DNA of 64,000 bases. Source: an uncultured Actinomycetes bacterium (lineage in GTDB: Bacteria; Actinomycetota; Actinomycetes; Streptosporangiales; Streptosporangiaceae). The notes under the pieces are model-generated. The model saw nothing but the letters and a program-made list of their open reading frames with translations. It was not told where the DNA came from and did no database searches. The translations under genes and the position numbers were made by a program. Each line of letters opens with the position of its first letter. Within the stretch, counting starts at the first letter, position 1. The stretch lies in assembly GCA_963713815.1 (NCBI GenBank), contig CAVQNH010000007.1, positions 90 to 64,089 of the forward strand. Direction: 5' to 3'. This document shows positions 45,398 to 55,178 of the stretch, in pieces.

Positions 45398-46084
45398 TTA
45401 GGCCCCGGGCTGGACGAGGGCCCAGACGACCTTGGCGGCCCGCTCGTCCGGCGCGGTAGCGTGCGGCTGGCGGCCCGGATAGTAGTAGCCCCAGCGGCTG
45501 CTTACCGCCTCCACCATTAAAAGGCCGCGGCCGGTCTCGCCGTCGTGGCTTACCTGGCCGGGTACCGGGGGGGCCGTGGCCCCGTCCCAGACCTCCGCCA
45601 GGACCTGCTGCCGGTCGGACGCGAGCCGCAGCCCCAGCGGCAGCTGCCGCCCCTCGGCGTCGTAGCCCGGGCCCTCCGTTACCGGGTCGGAGCACGCCCG
45701 GATCGCGTTGGTCATCAGTTCGGAGACGATCAGTTCCACGCTGTCGGCGAGCGCGGCCTGCCCCCACTCGGTGAGCACCAGCCGGGCGTGCAGCCGGGCG
45801 CACGGCACGGCGCCGGGCAGCGCGCCCAGCTCGAGCCGGGACTGGAGGGGCCACTGCGCGGGGCGGGCGGGATCCTCGCGGACCGTGGCGACCGGGCCGT
45901 AGTAGCCACCGGGGATGGCCAGACTGTGCTGGTCAGACGTGGCCAGGCCGGAGGAGCCGCCATAGGGGGCCGCGCCGAACCGGGTGTCCCGGGACAGGAA
46001 GCCGTACTGGCTGCCGGGGACGGGGAAGCCGGAGCGCGGTGCCGGGAATGGGCCGGTACCGGTCCGGGGCATCTCGCGGATCAC
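45398..46084 (-). CDS. ATP-binding protein of the RsbW/SpoIIAB-like (HATPase_c) anti-sigma-kinase type; WhiJ-cluster associated
   Basis: ARLHARLVLTEWGQAALADSVELIVSELMTNAIRA...LASDRQQVLAEVWDG...ETGRGLLMVEAVSSRWGYY. The N-terminal roughly 70 aa and the start are uncertain. Confidence 0.75.
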   Translation of the reverse strand: MIREMPRTGTGPFPAPRSGFPVPGSQYGFLSRDTRFGAAPYGGSSGLATSDQHSLAIPGGYYGPVATVREDPARPAQWPLQSRLELGALPGAVPCARLHARLVLTEWGQAALADSVELIVSELMTNAIRACSDPVTEGPGYDAEGRQLPLGLRLASDRQQVLAEVWDGATAPPVPGQVSHDGETGRGLLMVEAVSSRWGYYYPGRQPHATAPDERAAKVVWALVQPGA

Positions 46085-46293
46085 CTCGCCGGAAATCGGA
46101 TACCTCAGCGGTTAAGTACCGGCACCCTACGAATGCGGGCGCGTATCATGCGTCACAGCATTGTGCCCCAGCATGCATCAAGCTACGCCGTTGTGCAAGA
46201 TGCCCAACCGTATTATGCGAATCCCATTCTATCGCGCCGGGCCCGCCCGCACCACAGTCCTGCCACCCCATCCCGACCCGGAGGCACAGGAGC

Positions 46294-47151
46294 ATGGCCG
46301 CCAGTCCCAGCCCCACGATCCGACGCAAGCGGCTCGGCATCGAGCTCCGGCGCCTGCGCGAGCAAGCCCGCTTAACCTGCGAAGACGTAGGGCAGCGGCT
46401 CGACTGCTCGGGAACCCGGATCAGCCGGATGGAGACCGGCCGGATCAGCGTCCGGCCGGGGGACGTCCGGGAGCTGCTCGACATCTACGGGGTGCTCGGC
46501 GAGGAGTCCGACGCGCTCGTCCAGCTGGCCCGTGAGGCCCGCCGCAAGGGCTGGTGGCACACGTACGGCCGGGTGCTGCCGACCTGGTTCGAGCCCTATA
46601 TCGGCCTCGAGTCCGAGGCCGCGGCGCTGCGCGACTTCCAGTGCATGGTGGTGCCCGGGCTGCTGCAGACCAAGGAGTACGCGCGGGCCGTGCTGCGCAC
46701 CGCGCCGACCGCCGGCCCGGCCGAGGACATCGACCGGCAGGTGGCGTTGCGGATGGACCGCCAGGCCACCCTGGACGAGGAGCAACCGCCCGACCTGTGG
46801 GTGGTGCTGAGCGAGAACGTGCTGCGCGCCCAGGTCGGCGGGCCTGACGTGATGCGCACCCAGCTGGGCCGGCTGATCGAGGTGGCCGGGCAGCCCACCG
46901 TGACGCTGCAGGTCCTGCCATTCGGCGCGGCCGCCCAGGTCCAGCCCATCAGCCCGTTCACCATTCTGGAATTCCCGCAGTCCGCCGATCCCGCGGTCGT
47001 GTACCTGGAGCACCTTACCGGGAGTCTTTTCCTGGAGAATGAAGACGAGGTCCGGCGCTATATAGTGGTCTTCGATCACCTCCGTGCTGAAGCACTGGGC
47101 ACGGGCCAATCCATCGACCTGATTGCGCAGGTGGCCAAGGGATTCAGTTAA
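46294..47151 (+). CDS. XRE-family HTH regulator with a DUF5753 C-domain (WhiJ/Scr1-like)
   Basis: RKRLGIELRRLREQARLTCEDVGQRLDCSGTRISRMETGR...WWHTYGRVLPTWFEPYIGLESEA...LLQTKEYARAVL...VVYLEHLTGSLFLE. ATG 46294 with GGAGG upstream. Confidence 0.9.
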   Translation: MAASPSPTIRRKRLGIELRRLREQARLTCEDVGQRLDCSGTRISRMETGRISVRPGDVRELLDIYGVLGEESDALVQLAREARRKGWWHTYGRVLPTWFEPYIGLESEAAALRDFQCMVVPGLLQTKEYARAVLRTAPTAGPAEDIDRQVALRMDRQATLDEEQPPDLWVVLSENVLRAQVGGPDVMRTQLGRLIEVAGQPTVTLQVLPFGAAAQVQPISPFTILEFPQSADPAVVYLEHLTGSLFLENEDEVRRYIVVFDHLRAEALGTGQSIDLIAQVAKGFS

Positions 47152-47213
47152 TTTCCAGCGAGAACTAGTAAGGCTAGTAAGCAGAGATCTAGACCACACA
47201 AAGGAGGTGCGGG

Positions 47214-47426
47214 ATGACCCCCTCAGGCATCGACCTGTCCCGTGCCAATTGGCGTACGAGCAGCCATAGCGGTGGTAATGGCGGCCAGTGCGTCGAAGTC
47301 GCCCGGAACCTGCCCGGAGTAGTCGTGGTGCGCGACTCCAAGGCCAGGCAGGAAGGCACGCTCGTCGTCAGCCGGGCAGCGTGGGCTGGCTTCATTGCCA
47401 GCCTGAGAGAACGTCCGCCCGGTTAG
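47214..47426 (+). CDS. DUF397 domain protein
   Basis: WRTSSHSGGNGGQCVEVARNLPGVVVVRDSK. AAAGGAGG RBS. Confidence 0.9.
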   Translation: MTPSGIDLSRANWRTSSHSGGNGGQCVEVARNLPGVVVVRDSKARQEGTLVVSRAAWAGFIASLRERPPG

Positions 47427-47552
47427 TGACTCACCGGCAGGCGTGACCATCGCAGGCCTGGACCCGGCCGTGAGCCTGGTCCAGGCTCGCGGTGGCGCCG
47501 TCATCGCGGCCTGCGGCTAGCTCCCGGCCGCGCGTCCGGGGTGGGCCGCGGG

Positions 47553-47891
47553 TTACTGCCCGGGATCGATCCGGGTCAGGACCCGGCCCTGCTCGGCGAG
47601 GTTGCGGCCCTGCTTGAGCTGCGTGTCGTGGATCATCCGCAGCGTCACGATGATCCCGTCCAGGGCCTGGCCCTGCTCCGCCAGGCTGTGCCCCTGCCTG
47701 ACCTGGTCGTCGCGGAGCGCCTGGAGAAGCTGGCGCTGCGTCCCGAACGAAGTGCTCAGGTCGGCCACGTCCCGGTCCACCATCGCGAACAGGTCGGCGG
47801 CCCGGCGGCCCTCACACTGCGCCTCGGCCAGCGCGGCCACCTGAGCCTCGAGGCTCTCCAGCCGCTTACGGATCTCGTCGAATTCCTGCAC
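47553..47891 (-). CDS. Small coiled-coil protein, function unknown
   Basis: GTG 47891 is preceded by GGAGGCGAGCG. The 112 aa are rich in heptad-like helices (EFDEIRKRLESLEAQVAALAEAQ). An internal repeat is present: QGHSLAEQGQALDGI / QGRNLAEQGRVLTRI. The upstream part of the track ORF is repeat-array read-through. Confidence 0.55.
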   Translation of the reverse strand: MQEFDEIRKRLESLEAQVAALAEAQCEGRRAADLFAMVDRDVADLSTSFGTQRQLLQALRDDQVRQGHSLAEQGQALDGIIVTLRMIHDTQLKQGRNLAEQGRVLTRIDPGQ

Positions 47892-47960
47892 CGCTCGCCT
47901 CCGGCCCTGGCTACCGGAACCGAGCTTAGGGCGAATCGGGCGGTGGGGTGGCCAGATCGG

Positions 47961-48160
47961 CCACCACGGGCCGCCAGTGGGGGCCGCCAGCGGGGCGCCG
48001 CCCACGGGGGGACCGCCAGGACCGGACCCGCCAGCACGGACCACCGCCACGGGGGACCGCCAGCACCGGACCCGCCGCACGGGACCACCGCCGGCACCGG
48101 ACCCGCCAGCACAGGGCCGCCACCCACGGGACCGCCGGCGACGGCCGCCAGCACCGGCCG
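47961..48160. repeat. Degenerate tandem array of about 14 units of 13-17 bp (acgggaccgccagc / accggacccgccagc types)
   Basis: Read directly from the sequence. It occupies most of the divergent spacer between the coiled-coil gene (start 47891) and the GH3 gene (start 48345). Confidence 0.8.
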
Positions 48161-48344
48161 CGCTCACGGCCGGGACGGGCTGCGGAGCCGGGGCGCCGCG
48201 TCCACCGGTTAATGGCGTGGCCGGGATGACAGGCGCGTTACTAAACCATTGACACTTTATTTCGGAATTATTTCCGGGTCAGGTTCTGGCCAGCCGTTTC
48301 CGCCAAATCTATGTTGTGCGGGAACCCCTTGCCCCGGAGGCATC

Positions 48345-51167
48345 ATGCACCTCTCCCGCGGGAGATCCCGGCCGCGTCACCCAGCCCGGGCCCTGACCCT
48401 GCTCACCGCGGCCGCGGCCGTCGCCGCGTCCCTGGTCAGCGTGGCCGGCGTCGCCACGCCGGCCAGCGCCGCGCCGGCCGCATCGGCCGCCAATGCGGCC
48501 TGCCCCTGGGTCGGCTCCAGCGCGCCCATCTCCCAGCGGGTCAGCCAGCTGCTGGCCGCCATGTCCACGGCCCAGAAGGTCACCGTGCTCACCGGGGCCA
48601 GCGGGTCCAGCTACGTCGGATTCACCCCGGCCATCGGGGCGCTGTGCATCCCGGCCATGAACCTGGAAGACGGCCCGGCCGGAGTCGGTGACGGGATGGC
48701 CAGCGTCACCCAGCTGCCCGCCCCCGTCGACGTCGCAGCGACCTGGGACACCGCAGCTGAGCGGCTATACGGCCAGGTCATCGGGGCCGAGCAGGCCGCC
48801 AAGGGCAGCAGCGTGGACCTGGGCCCGACGATCAACATCGTCCGCGACCCCCGCTGGGGCCGGGCGTTCGAGTCCATCGGCGAAGACCCGTACCTGAACG
48901 GGACGCTCGGCGCGGCCGACATCCAGGGCGTGCAGTCCACCGGCGTGATGGCCCAGGTCAAGCACTTCGCCGTGTACAACCAGGAGACCAACCGGAACAC
49001 GGCGGCCGACAACGCGGTGGTCAGCACCCGGGCCGAGCAGGAGATCTACCTGCCCGCCTTCCAGGACTCCACGCAGCAGGGCGCCGCCTCGTCGGTGATG
49101 TGCTCCTACAGCACCGTGAACGGCACCTACGCCTGCCAGAACCCCTACCTGCTGTCCACCGTGCTGCGCCAGCAGTTCGGCTTCGGCGGCTTCGTGACCT
49201 CCGACTGGTTCGCCACCCACTCCACCGCCGCGTCCGCCAACGCGGGCCTGGACCAGGACATGCCGGGCAGCGATGGCTACTTCGGCAGCGCGCTGCAGAG
49301 CGCGGTCTCGTCCGGGTCGGTGTCCACCGCGACGCTGAACTCCATGGTCACCCCGGTGCTCACCGAGATGTTCGCGTTCGGCCTGTTCGACGAGCCGCCG
49401 GCCGGGTCGCCGGCCGAGACCGCGACCAGCTCCGCGCACGTCACCGACGCGCTGCAGCTGGCCGAGGAGGGCACCGTGCTGCTGAAGAACAGCGGCGGGG
49501 TCCTCCCCCTGACGTCGTCGGACAAGTCGATCGCGGTCATCGGCGCGGACGCCTCGTCCAGCCCGCTGACCGCGGGCGGCGGCAGCGCCGGGGTGTCGTC
49601 CAGCGGGACCGTCACCCCGCTGACGGGCATCACCTCCGCCGCGCCGGCCGGGGTCACGGTCAGCTACAACGACGGCTCCTCGGACAGCTCCGCGGCCGCG
49701 CTGGCCGCCTCGTCCAGCGTCGCGGTCGTGTTCGTCAGCAACAACGAGTCCGAGGGCAGCGACCTGAGCAGCATCGACCTGTCCAGCGCGGACAACTCGC
49801 TGATTTCCTCGGTGGCCGCGGCGAACCCGCACACGATCGTGGTGCTGAACACCGGCTCCGCGGTGACAATGCCGTGGCTGTCCTCGGTGGCCGGGGTGTT
49901 CGAGGCCTGGTATCCCGGCCAGCAGGACGGCCCGGCCATCGCCGCGCTGCTGTTCGGCCAGGCCAACCCGTCCGGGCACCTGACCGTCACGTTCCCGACG
50001 TCGCTGGCGCAGGTGCCGGCCGCCGCGGCGGCGCAGTGGCCCGGCCAGAACGGGACCGTGCAGTACTCCGAGGGAATCGACGTCGGGTACCGCTGGTACA
50101 ACGCACAGGGCCTGACCCCGCTGTACCCGTTCGGTTACGGGCTCTCCTACACCAGCTTCTCGTTCAGCAACCTGAAGATCACGGCCCTGCCGAAGGGCGG
50201 CGCGGCCACGGTCAGCGCCACCGTCACCAATACCGGGTCCCGGGCCGGCGCGGACGTGGCGCAGCTGTACGTGAGTGATCCGTCCGCGGCGGGCGAGCCG
50301 CCCCGGCAGCTGGAGGGATTCGCCCGGGTGAACCTGCAGCCGGGCGCCAGCCAGACGGTCTCGTTCCCGCTGACCCAGCGCAGCCTGTCCTACTGGGGCT
50401 CCAGTAACACGTGGGCCACCGCCACCGGGAGCTACGGGATCGCGGTCGGCGACTCGGACGCGAACCTGCCGCTGACCGGCACGCTCGCGGTGACATCGGC
50501 GCAGCTCGGCCAGCCGGTCACCATCACCAGCCCCGGCCCGCAGGAGGGCACGGCGGGGACCTCAGTGTCGGTGAAGATCTCCGCGGCCGACTCCACCAGC
50601 GGCCAGTCGCCCACGTTCACCGCGTCCGGGCTGCCCGCCGGGACGTCGATCTCCAGCAGCGGCACCATCACCGGCACGCCCACGGCCGCGGGCACGTCCA
50701 CCGTCACCGTCACCGCGCAGGACGCCGCCGGCGCCTCGGCCGCCACGTCGTTCACCTGGACCGTGGCCCCGGCGGGCTCGGGCGTGGCGACCACCCCGCT
50801 GGTCGGCTACCAGGGCCTGTGCCTGGACCTGAGCGGGGACAACAACACCAATGGCACCAAGGTCGAGGTCTACACCTGCAACGGGACCAACGGCCAGCAG
50901 TGGACCGAGGAACCCGGCGGGACCATCCACGCGGACGGCAAGTGCCTGGACGTGATCAGCGGCGCCACCGGCAACGGGTCCCTGATCGACCTGTACACCT
51001 GCAACGGCACCGGCGCCCAGGTGTGGCAGCCGCAGTCTGACGGTGCGCTGCTCAACCCGCAGTCGGGCAAGTGCCTGGACGACACCGGGTTCTCCACCAC
51101 CCCCGGGACCCAGGTGCAGATCTGGAGCTGCACCGGCGCGGCCAACCAGTCCTGGGTCCAGCCGTGA
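48345..51167 (+). CDS. Secreted GH3 beta-glucosidase with a C-terminal Ig-like domain and a ricin-type (CBM13) lectin domain
   Basis: Signal peptide MHLSRGRSRPRHPARALTLLTAAAAVAASLVSVAGVATPASA. GH3 core: GPTINIVRDPRWGRAFESIGEDP...KHFAVYNQE...FVTSDW. Lectin triplet: QQW / QVW / QSW with CLD motifs. ATG 48345 preceded by GGAGG. Confidence 0.9.
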   Translation: MHLSRGRSRPRHPARALTLLTAAAAVAASLVSVAGVATPASAAPAASAANAACPWVGSSAPISQRVSQLLAAMSTAQKVTVLTGASGSSYVGFTPAIGALCIPAMNLEDGPAGVGDGMASVTQLPAPVDVAATWDTAAERLYGQVIGAEQAAKGSSVDLGPTINIVRDPRWGRAFESIGEDPYLNGTLGAADIQGVQSTGVMAQVKHFAVYNQETNRNTAADNAVVSTRAEQEIYLPAFQDSTQQGAASSVMCSYSTVNGTYACQNPYLLSTVLRQQFGFGGFVTSDWFATHSTAASANAGLDQDMPGSDGYFGSALQSAVSSGSVSTATLNSMVTPVLTEMFAFGLFDEPPAGSPAETATSSAHVTDALQLAEEGTVLLKNSGGVLPLTSSDKSIAVIGADASSSPLTAGGGSAGVSSSGTVTPLTGITSAAPAGVTVSYNDGSSDSSAAALAASSSVAVVFVSNNESEGSDLSSIDLSSADNSLISSVAAANPHTIVVLNTGSAVTMPWLSSVAGVFEAWYPGQQDGPAIAALLFGQANPSGHLTVTFPTSLAQVPAAAAAQWPGQNGTVQYSEGIDVGYRWYNAQGLTPLYPFGYGLSYTSFSFSNLKITALPKGGAATVSATVTNTGSRAGADVAQLYVSDPSAAGEPPRQLEGFARVNLQPGASQTVSFPLTQRSLSYWGSSNTWATATGSYGIAVGDSDANLPLTGTLAVTSAQLGQPVTITSPGPQEGTAGTSVSVKISAADSTSGQSPTFTASGLPAGTSISSSGTITGTPTAAGTSTVTVTAQDAAGASAATSFTWTVAPAGSGVATTPLVGYQGLCLDLSGDNNTNGTKVEVYTCNGTNGQQWTEEPGGTIHADGKCLDVISGATGNGSLIDLYTCNGTGAQVWQPQSDGALLNPQSGKCLDDTGFSTTPGTQVQIWSCTGAANQSWVQP

Positions 51168-51189
51168 CGGACGCACCTTCCCCCAGCGG

Positions 51190-51225
51190 GCACCCGCCCC
51201 CGGCTGGCCGCCGGGGCGGGTGTGC
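51190..51225. terminator. GC-rich hairpin between convergent genes (possible bidirectional terminator)
   Basis: gcacccgcccccgg ctggccg ccggggcgggtgtgc. It lies between the GH3 stop (51167) and the XRE stop (51249). Confidence 0.45.
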
Positions 51226-51248
51226 CCCCGGGGCCACCGGCCCGGGGG

Positions 51249-52190
51249 TCAGCCCAGCCGGTCCAGCATCGTGGCCAGCAGCTCCGTGGTGGGTACCCGC
51301 CGCTCGGCCTGGACGCACATCTGGTCCATGACCGCGGAGTAGTGATCGACGTCGCGCCGCTTGTCCAGGTACAGCGCGCTGGTCAGCTGCTCCAGGTAGA
51401 CCACGTCGGGCAGTTCCGGCGGGGCGAAGCGCAGGATGCTGAATGAGCCAGCCGCGGCGGCGTGGTACCCGCTCTGCAGTGGCACCACATACAGCGCGAT
51501 GTTCGGCTCGCTGGCCAGCTCGATGAGCCGCTCCAGCTGGGCTTCCATCACCCCCGGACCGCCCAGCCGGCGGCGCAGCGCGGTCTCGTCCACGACGGCC
51601 CACAGTTTCGGCGCCCGCAGGTCCGGGCCGTCCGGCCGGGACAGGATCTGCTGGCGCTTCATCCGCAGGCTGACCCGGCGGGTGATCTCGTCCTCCGGGG
51701 CGGCCGGGTGGCCGGCCCGGATCACCGCGCGGGCATACTCCGGGGTCTGCAGCAGGCCCGGCACGAACTGCATCTCGTAGACGCGGATCCGGGTCGCGGC
51801 CGCTTCCAGCCCGATGTAGAACTCGAACCAGCCGGGCAGGATCTCACCGTACTGATGCCACCACCCGGGCCGGGCGGCCTCGCGGGCCAGCCGCAGCACG
51901 TCGGCCCGCTCCGCCTCCCCCGTCACCCCGTACAGGGTGAGCAGGTCCGCGAGGTCGCGCTGCTTCATGCTGACCCGGCCGTGCTCCAGCCGGCTGATCT
52001 TCGAGGCCGAGGCCCGGATCACGTCCCCCGCCGCCTCACAGGTGATGCCGTGCGCCTCGCGCAGGCGGCGCAGCTGGCTGCCGAGCGCGATGCGCAGGGC
52101 GGTCGGCCCGCTGGGCGCCGGGTCTGGCACCGGCGGGCCGGCCGGCCTAGCGGCCGGGGCGGGATCGGGCTGCGGCTCGGGGCTGGACAT
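51249..52190 (-). CDS. XRE-family HTH regulator with a DUF5753 C-domain (second copy; no adjacent DUF397 or ATPase)
   Basis: LRIALGSQLRRLREAHGITCEAAGDVIRASASKISRLEHGR...WWHQYGEILPGWFEFYIGLEAAA...LLQTPEYARAVI...VVYLEQLTSALYLD. Start at ATG 52190. Confidence 0.85.
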   Translation of the reverse strand: MSSPEPQPDPAPAARPAGPPVPDPAPSGPTALRIALGSQLRRLREAHGITCEAAGDVIRASASKISRLEHGRVSMKQRDLADLLTLYGVTGEAERADVLRLAREAARPGWWHQYGEILPGWFEFYIGLEAAATRIRVYEMQFVPGLLQTPEYARAVIRAGHPAAPEDEITRRVSLRMKRQQILSRPDGPDLRAPKLWAVVDETALRRRLGGPGVMEAQLERLIELASEPNIALYVVPLQSGYHAAAAGSFSILRFAPPELPDVVYLEQLTSALYLDKRRDVDHYSAVMDQMCVQAERRVPTTELLATMLDRLG

Positions 52191-54008
52191 CGGGGCTCCG
52201 GCTGGTGTGGTGACGGCCCAGTGTCCCACTACCGCCCCCTGGATCGCTACGTTCAGGCAGGACCGGAAGCGACAGCGTGCAGGGGTCGGCGACCTCGTGC
52301 AGGATTTGCAGGTCCACCGCGACAAGCCGGGTCGCGGTGGCTGGCGGCTCGCCGGACCCGGTGTTGCGGGCGAACCGGGGATGGGCCCCGCCCGACACCT
52401 GGAGCCGCAGCCGGTGCCCGGCCGCGAACCGGTACGCGGTCGCGCTCATCGGCACGGTGACGGCCTCTGGCGTCCTTTGTATCCCCCGGCCCATCTGTGC
52501 CCCCCGGCTCCGCCGTGCCGCCCGGTGCGCCGGCGGGCGGTGCCTGATGATGCCGTCACAGACGTTCCGTGAACGCCCCCGCGGGTCCACGTCACACAGC
52601 CGGGCGAAGACGTCGAAGTGGCCACCCGAGGCACGGACCCGGACCCGGGCGCTGACCGGGCCGACCACGTCCAGCGCCGCGGTCAGCGGGGCACTGGTGA
52701 AGACCAGGACGTCGGGGCGGGCCTCCAGGGCCCGGTTGTCCGCGGGCCCGGCCTTGCCGGTGAGCAGCTGGCCGCCCACTGACGGGGTGGGATCCGCCGG
52801 GTCGTAGCGGAACGAGGAGATCCCCGGCTGGGCGGGCGGCTCGGGAACCAGGCTGCCCCCGGCGGCCAGATACCAGGGCTGGCGGGCCATTTCCGGCGGC
52901 GGCCAGTCGGCCAGGTCCCGCCATTCGCCGGCGCCGTCTATGTACACCCGCACCGGGAGGTCCTCGTTGCGGATCTGGTCGGCCTGGTCCGGGTCTGGCT
53001 TTCCGGGATCTGGCCGTCGCCGGTGTAAGCCCGCAGCCAGCTGAGCGCCTCGCCCAGGACGACCGGGAGGGCCTTATTGAACGCCGAGGAGTGCGTCCAC
53101 GGGCCGATCACCAGCCGCACCGGACGGCGGCCTCCGTCGCGCAACCGGCGGTACTCGGCCAGGACCGGGTCCAGGCAGGCGTCCCACCAGCCGGTGAGCA
53201 GGCTGACCGGAAGCGCCGGCGCCAGGGCGCTGGCCGGGATCTGCAAGGCGGCCCAGTACGGGTCCGCCTGGTCGGGGTGGGTCAGCCAGTCCTCGAACCA
53301 GGCCACCCGGCCCCCCAGGGCCGGCGGGTACGCCCGGATCAGGGGCAGTTCCCGGCTGACCCGCCGCATCCGGCGCTGCACCCGCAGCCCGGTCCTGATC
53401 ACCGCGGCCATCCCGTGCTCGAAGCCCAGCTTGGCGGCGGTGGCCACGAGCACGTTTTCCAGGGCGAACGCACCTCCGGGATACGCGAACTCATACGGAC
53501 CGGACATGGCGACCTGCGCGACCATGGCCTGCAGTTCCGGAGGCTGTTCGGCGGCCAGCGCGAACTGGACATAGCCGAGGTAGCTCGGCCCGATCGTGGC
53601 CAGCTGCCCGGTGAACCAGGACTGCTCACGGAGCCAGGCCACGGTGGCCCGGCCATCGGCCCGCTCGTGACGGAACGGCTCGTCCGCGCCGCCGGACCCG
53701 CCGGTGCCGCGGCAGCTCTGGATCACGACGTGGAACCCCTGCTCGGCGATCAGGCCGCCGAACAGGTGGTCCCAGGGGAAGCCGCGGCCGTACGGGGTGC
53801 GGACCAGCACGGTGGGCCGCGGGCTGTCGACCTGGGGAATGTAGTGGTCGGTGAGCAGCGGCACGCCGTCGGCCGCGGGCACCGCCAGGCCCGGGTCGAC
53901 CCGGACCGCGCATTCGGGCGGGGGCAGGTCCCGCAGGTCCCGCCGGGACAGCCGCATCCACAGGCGGACGTGCCGGGGCAGGGGAGCGCCCCGGGATGGC
54001 TCGGTCAT
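52147..54008 (-). pseudogene. CocE/NonD-family (X-Pro dipeptidyl-peptidase S15-like) alpha/beta hydrolase, frame-disrupted (-1) near 52995-53012
   Basis: N-part: DGVPLLTDHYIP...PTVLVRTPYGRG...QGFHVVIQSCRGTGGSGG...WFTGQLATIGPSYLGY. C-part, in another frame: VRVYIDGAGEWRDLADWPPP...RPDVLVFTSAPL...FAAGHRLRLQVSGGAHPRFARN. Length mod 3 = 2. ATG 54008 preceded by GAAGGAG. Confidence 0.8.
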
Positions 54009-54069
54009 CGTGACTCCTTCGCTCGTTCGGCCTGGCCTGGCCCGACCGGCTGCCGGGCCGTCCGGCCAG

Positions 54070-54124
54070 CTACGTACGTTGTACGTTGTTCTCTCGCGCA
54101 CAATACTCCGTACGGTGCACGTAG
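54070..54124. promoter_or_regulatory. Imperfect inverted repeat rich in ACGT cores in the TetR/hydrolase divergent spacer (candidate TetR operator)
   Basis: ctacgtacgttgtacg (54070-54085) versus cgtacggtgcacgtag (54109-54124). 12 of 16 positions are complementary. Internal direct gtacgtt gtacgtt. Confidence 0.3.
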
Positions 54125-54153
54125 ATAAGCTGCGGGGCGGAGGTGAGACATCG

Positions 54154-54912
54154 GTGGCCACGTCAGGCGGGGATCCGGAGGCGACGACCCCGGTTCCGGG
54201 GTCCATCTGGGACGTGCCGGAGTACGGCGGGCGCGGGCCCCGGCCCAGGCACAGCCGGGCCGCGATCGCCGCCGCCGCGGTCTCGCTGGCCGACGCCGAG
54301 GGTATCGACGCGGTCACGATGCGGCGGGTCGCGGCCGGCCTGGGCATGGGCACGATGTCGCTGTACAACTACGTGCCGTCCAAGGAGCACCTGGTCCAGC
54401 TGATGATCGACCAGGTGAGCGGCGAGTACCGCTACGCGGGCTCACCCCCGGGACGCCCCCCGGCTGACCGCCGGGCCGCGATCCTCGACCTGGCCCGGCA
54501 GGGACGGGACATCACCCGGCGCCACCCATGGCTGCCCCGGGTCATGCAGCGGCCCCCGGTTTTCGGGCCCGGTGCGCTGCGTTACATCGAGCACTTCCTC
54601 GGCCTGCTGAGCGGCTCTGACCTGGACACCGGAGCCAAGATGGAGATTCTCGGGATGGTCAACGGGTTCGCGATCTCCTACGGCGGAGTTCAGGCGGCGC
54701 AGGCCGAGGAACGGGCCCGGACCGGGGTGACCGAGGAGGAGCAGGCCGCCGCCCAGGTGACCAGCCTGGTGTCGGCCGCGGCCAGCGGCCGCTACCCGCA
54801 GCTGGCCGCGGCGCTGGCCGGGCCGCCCCCGCCGCCCCGGGACGCGGACGAGATCTTCGACCGCTGCATCCTGCGGCTCATCGACGGGGCGCTGGGAGGC
54901 CAGCCGGACTAG
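54154..54912 (+). CDS. TetR-family transcriptional regulator
   Basis: HTH: RAAIAAAAVSLADAEGIDAVTMRRVAAGLGMGTMSLYNYVPSKEHLVQLM. GTG 54154 with GGAGG 10 nt upstream. It is divergent from the hydrolase. Confidence 0.85.
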   Translation: MATSGGDPEATTPVPGSIWDVPEYGGRGPRPRHSRAAIAAAAVSLADAEGIDAVTMRRVAAGLGMGTMSLYNYVPSKEHLVQLMIDQVSGEYRYAGSPPGRPPADRRAAILDLARQGRDITRRHPWLPRVMQRPPVFGPGALRYIEHFLGLLSGSDLDTGAKMEILGMVNGFAISYGGVQAAQAEERARTGVTEEEQAAAQVTSLVSAAASGRYPQLAAALAGPPPPPRDADEIFDRCILRLIDGALGGQPD

Positions 54913-55178
54913 CTGGCCCGGTACTTGCCGATGTGCATCCAGCCCCGGGCCAGCACCCTCACCGGGATGGAGGCGATGCCCCGGCGGCGAAATGGCGGAT
55001 CTTGACCAGCCGGGGAACGGTCGCAGCTGCTGGGCCGGATGCCGGGCTTTGCCCCGGACTGACCCCCCAAGAGGGGTCATGACGCATGGTTGACGAGCAG
55101 CTTAAGATCATGTCTCGTAACAAAAGTCGAGGACGGGTATCTCCTGTTACCCCTGTCACCGGGAGGGGGGGTCCGCGG

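Noticed and set aside
48249-48277. TTGACA hexamer and small palindrome cggaa-N-ttccg upstream of the GH3 gene, considered as a promoter/operator.
   Set aside because: No acceptable -10 hexamer lies 16-19 nt downstream. The palindrome has only 5-6 bp arms, which is too weak to report as a feature.
54913-55178. Spacer between the TetR and response-regulator stops. A minus-strand frame ends ...RRGIASIPVRVLARGWMHIGKYRAS-stop at about 54910, resembling a C-terminal gene fragment.
   Set aside because: There are only about 35 plausible codons, with no start and no identifiable family. It is possibly a remnant and is not supportable as a feature.
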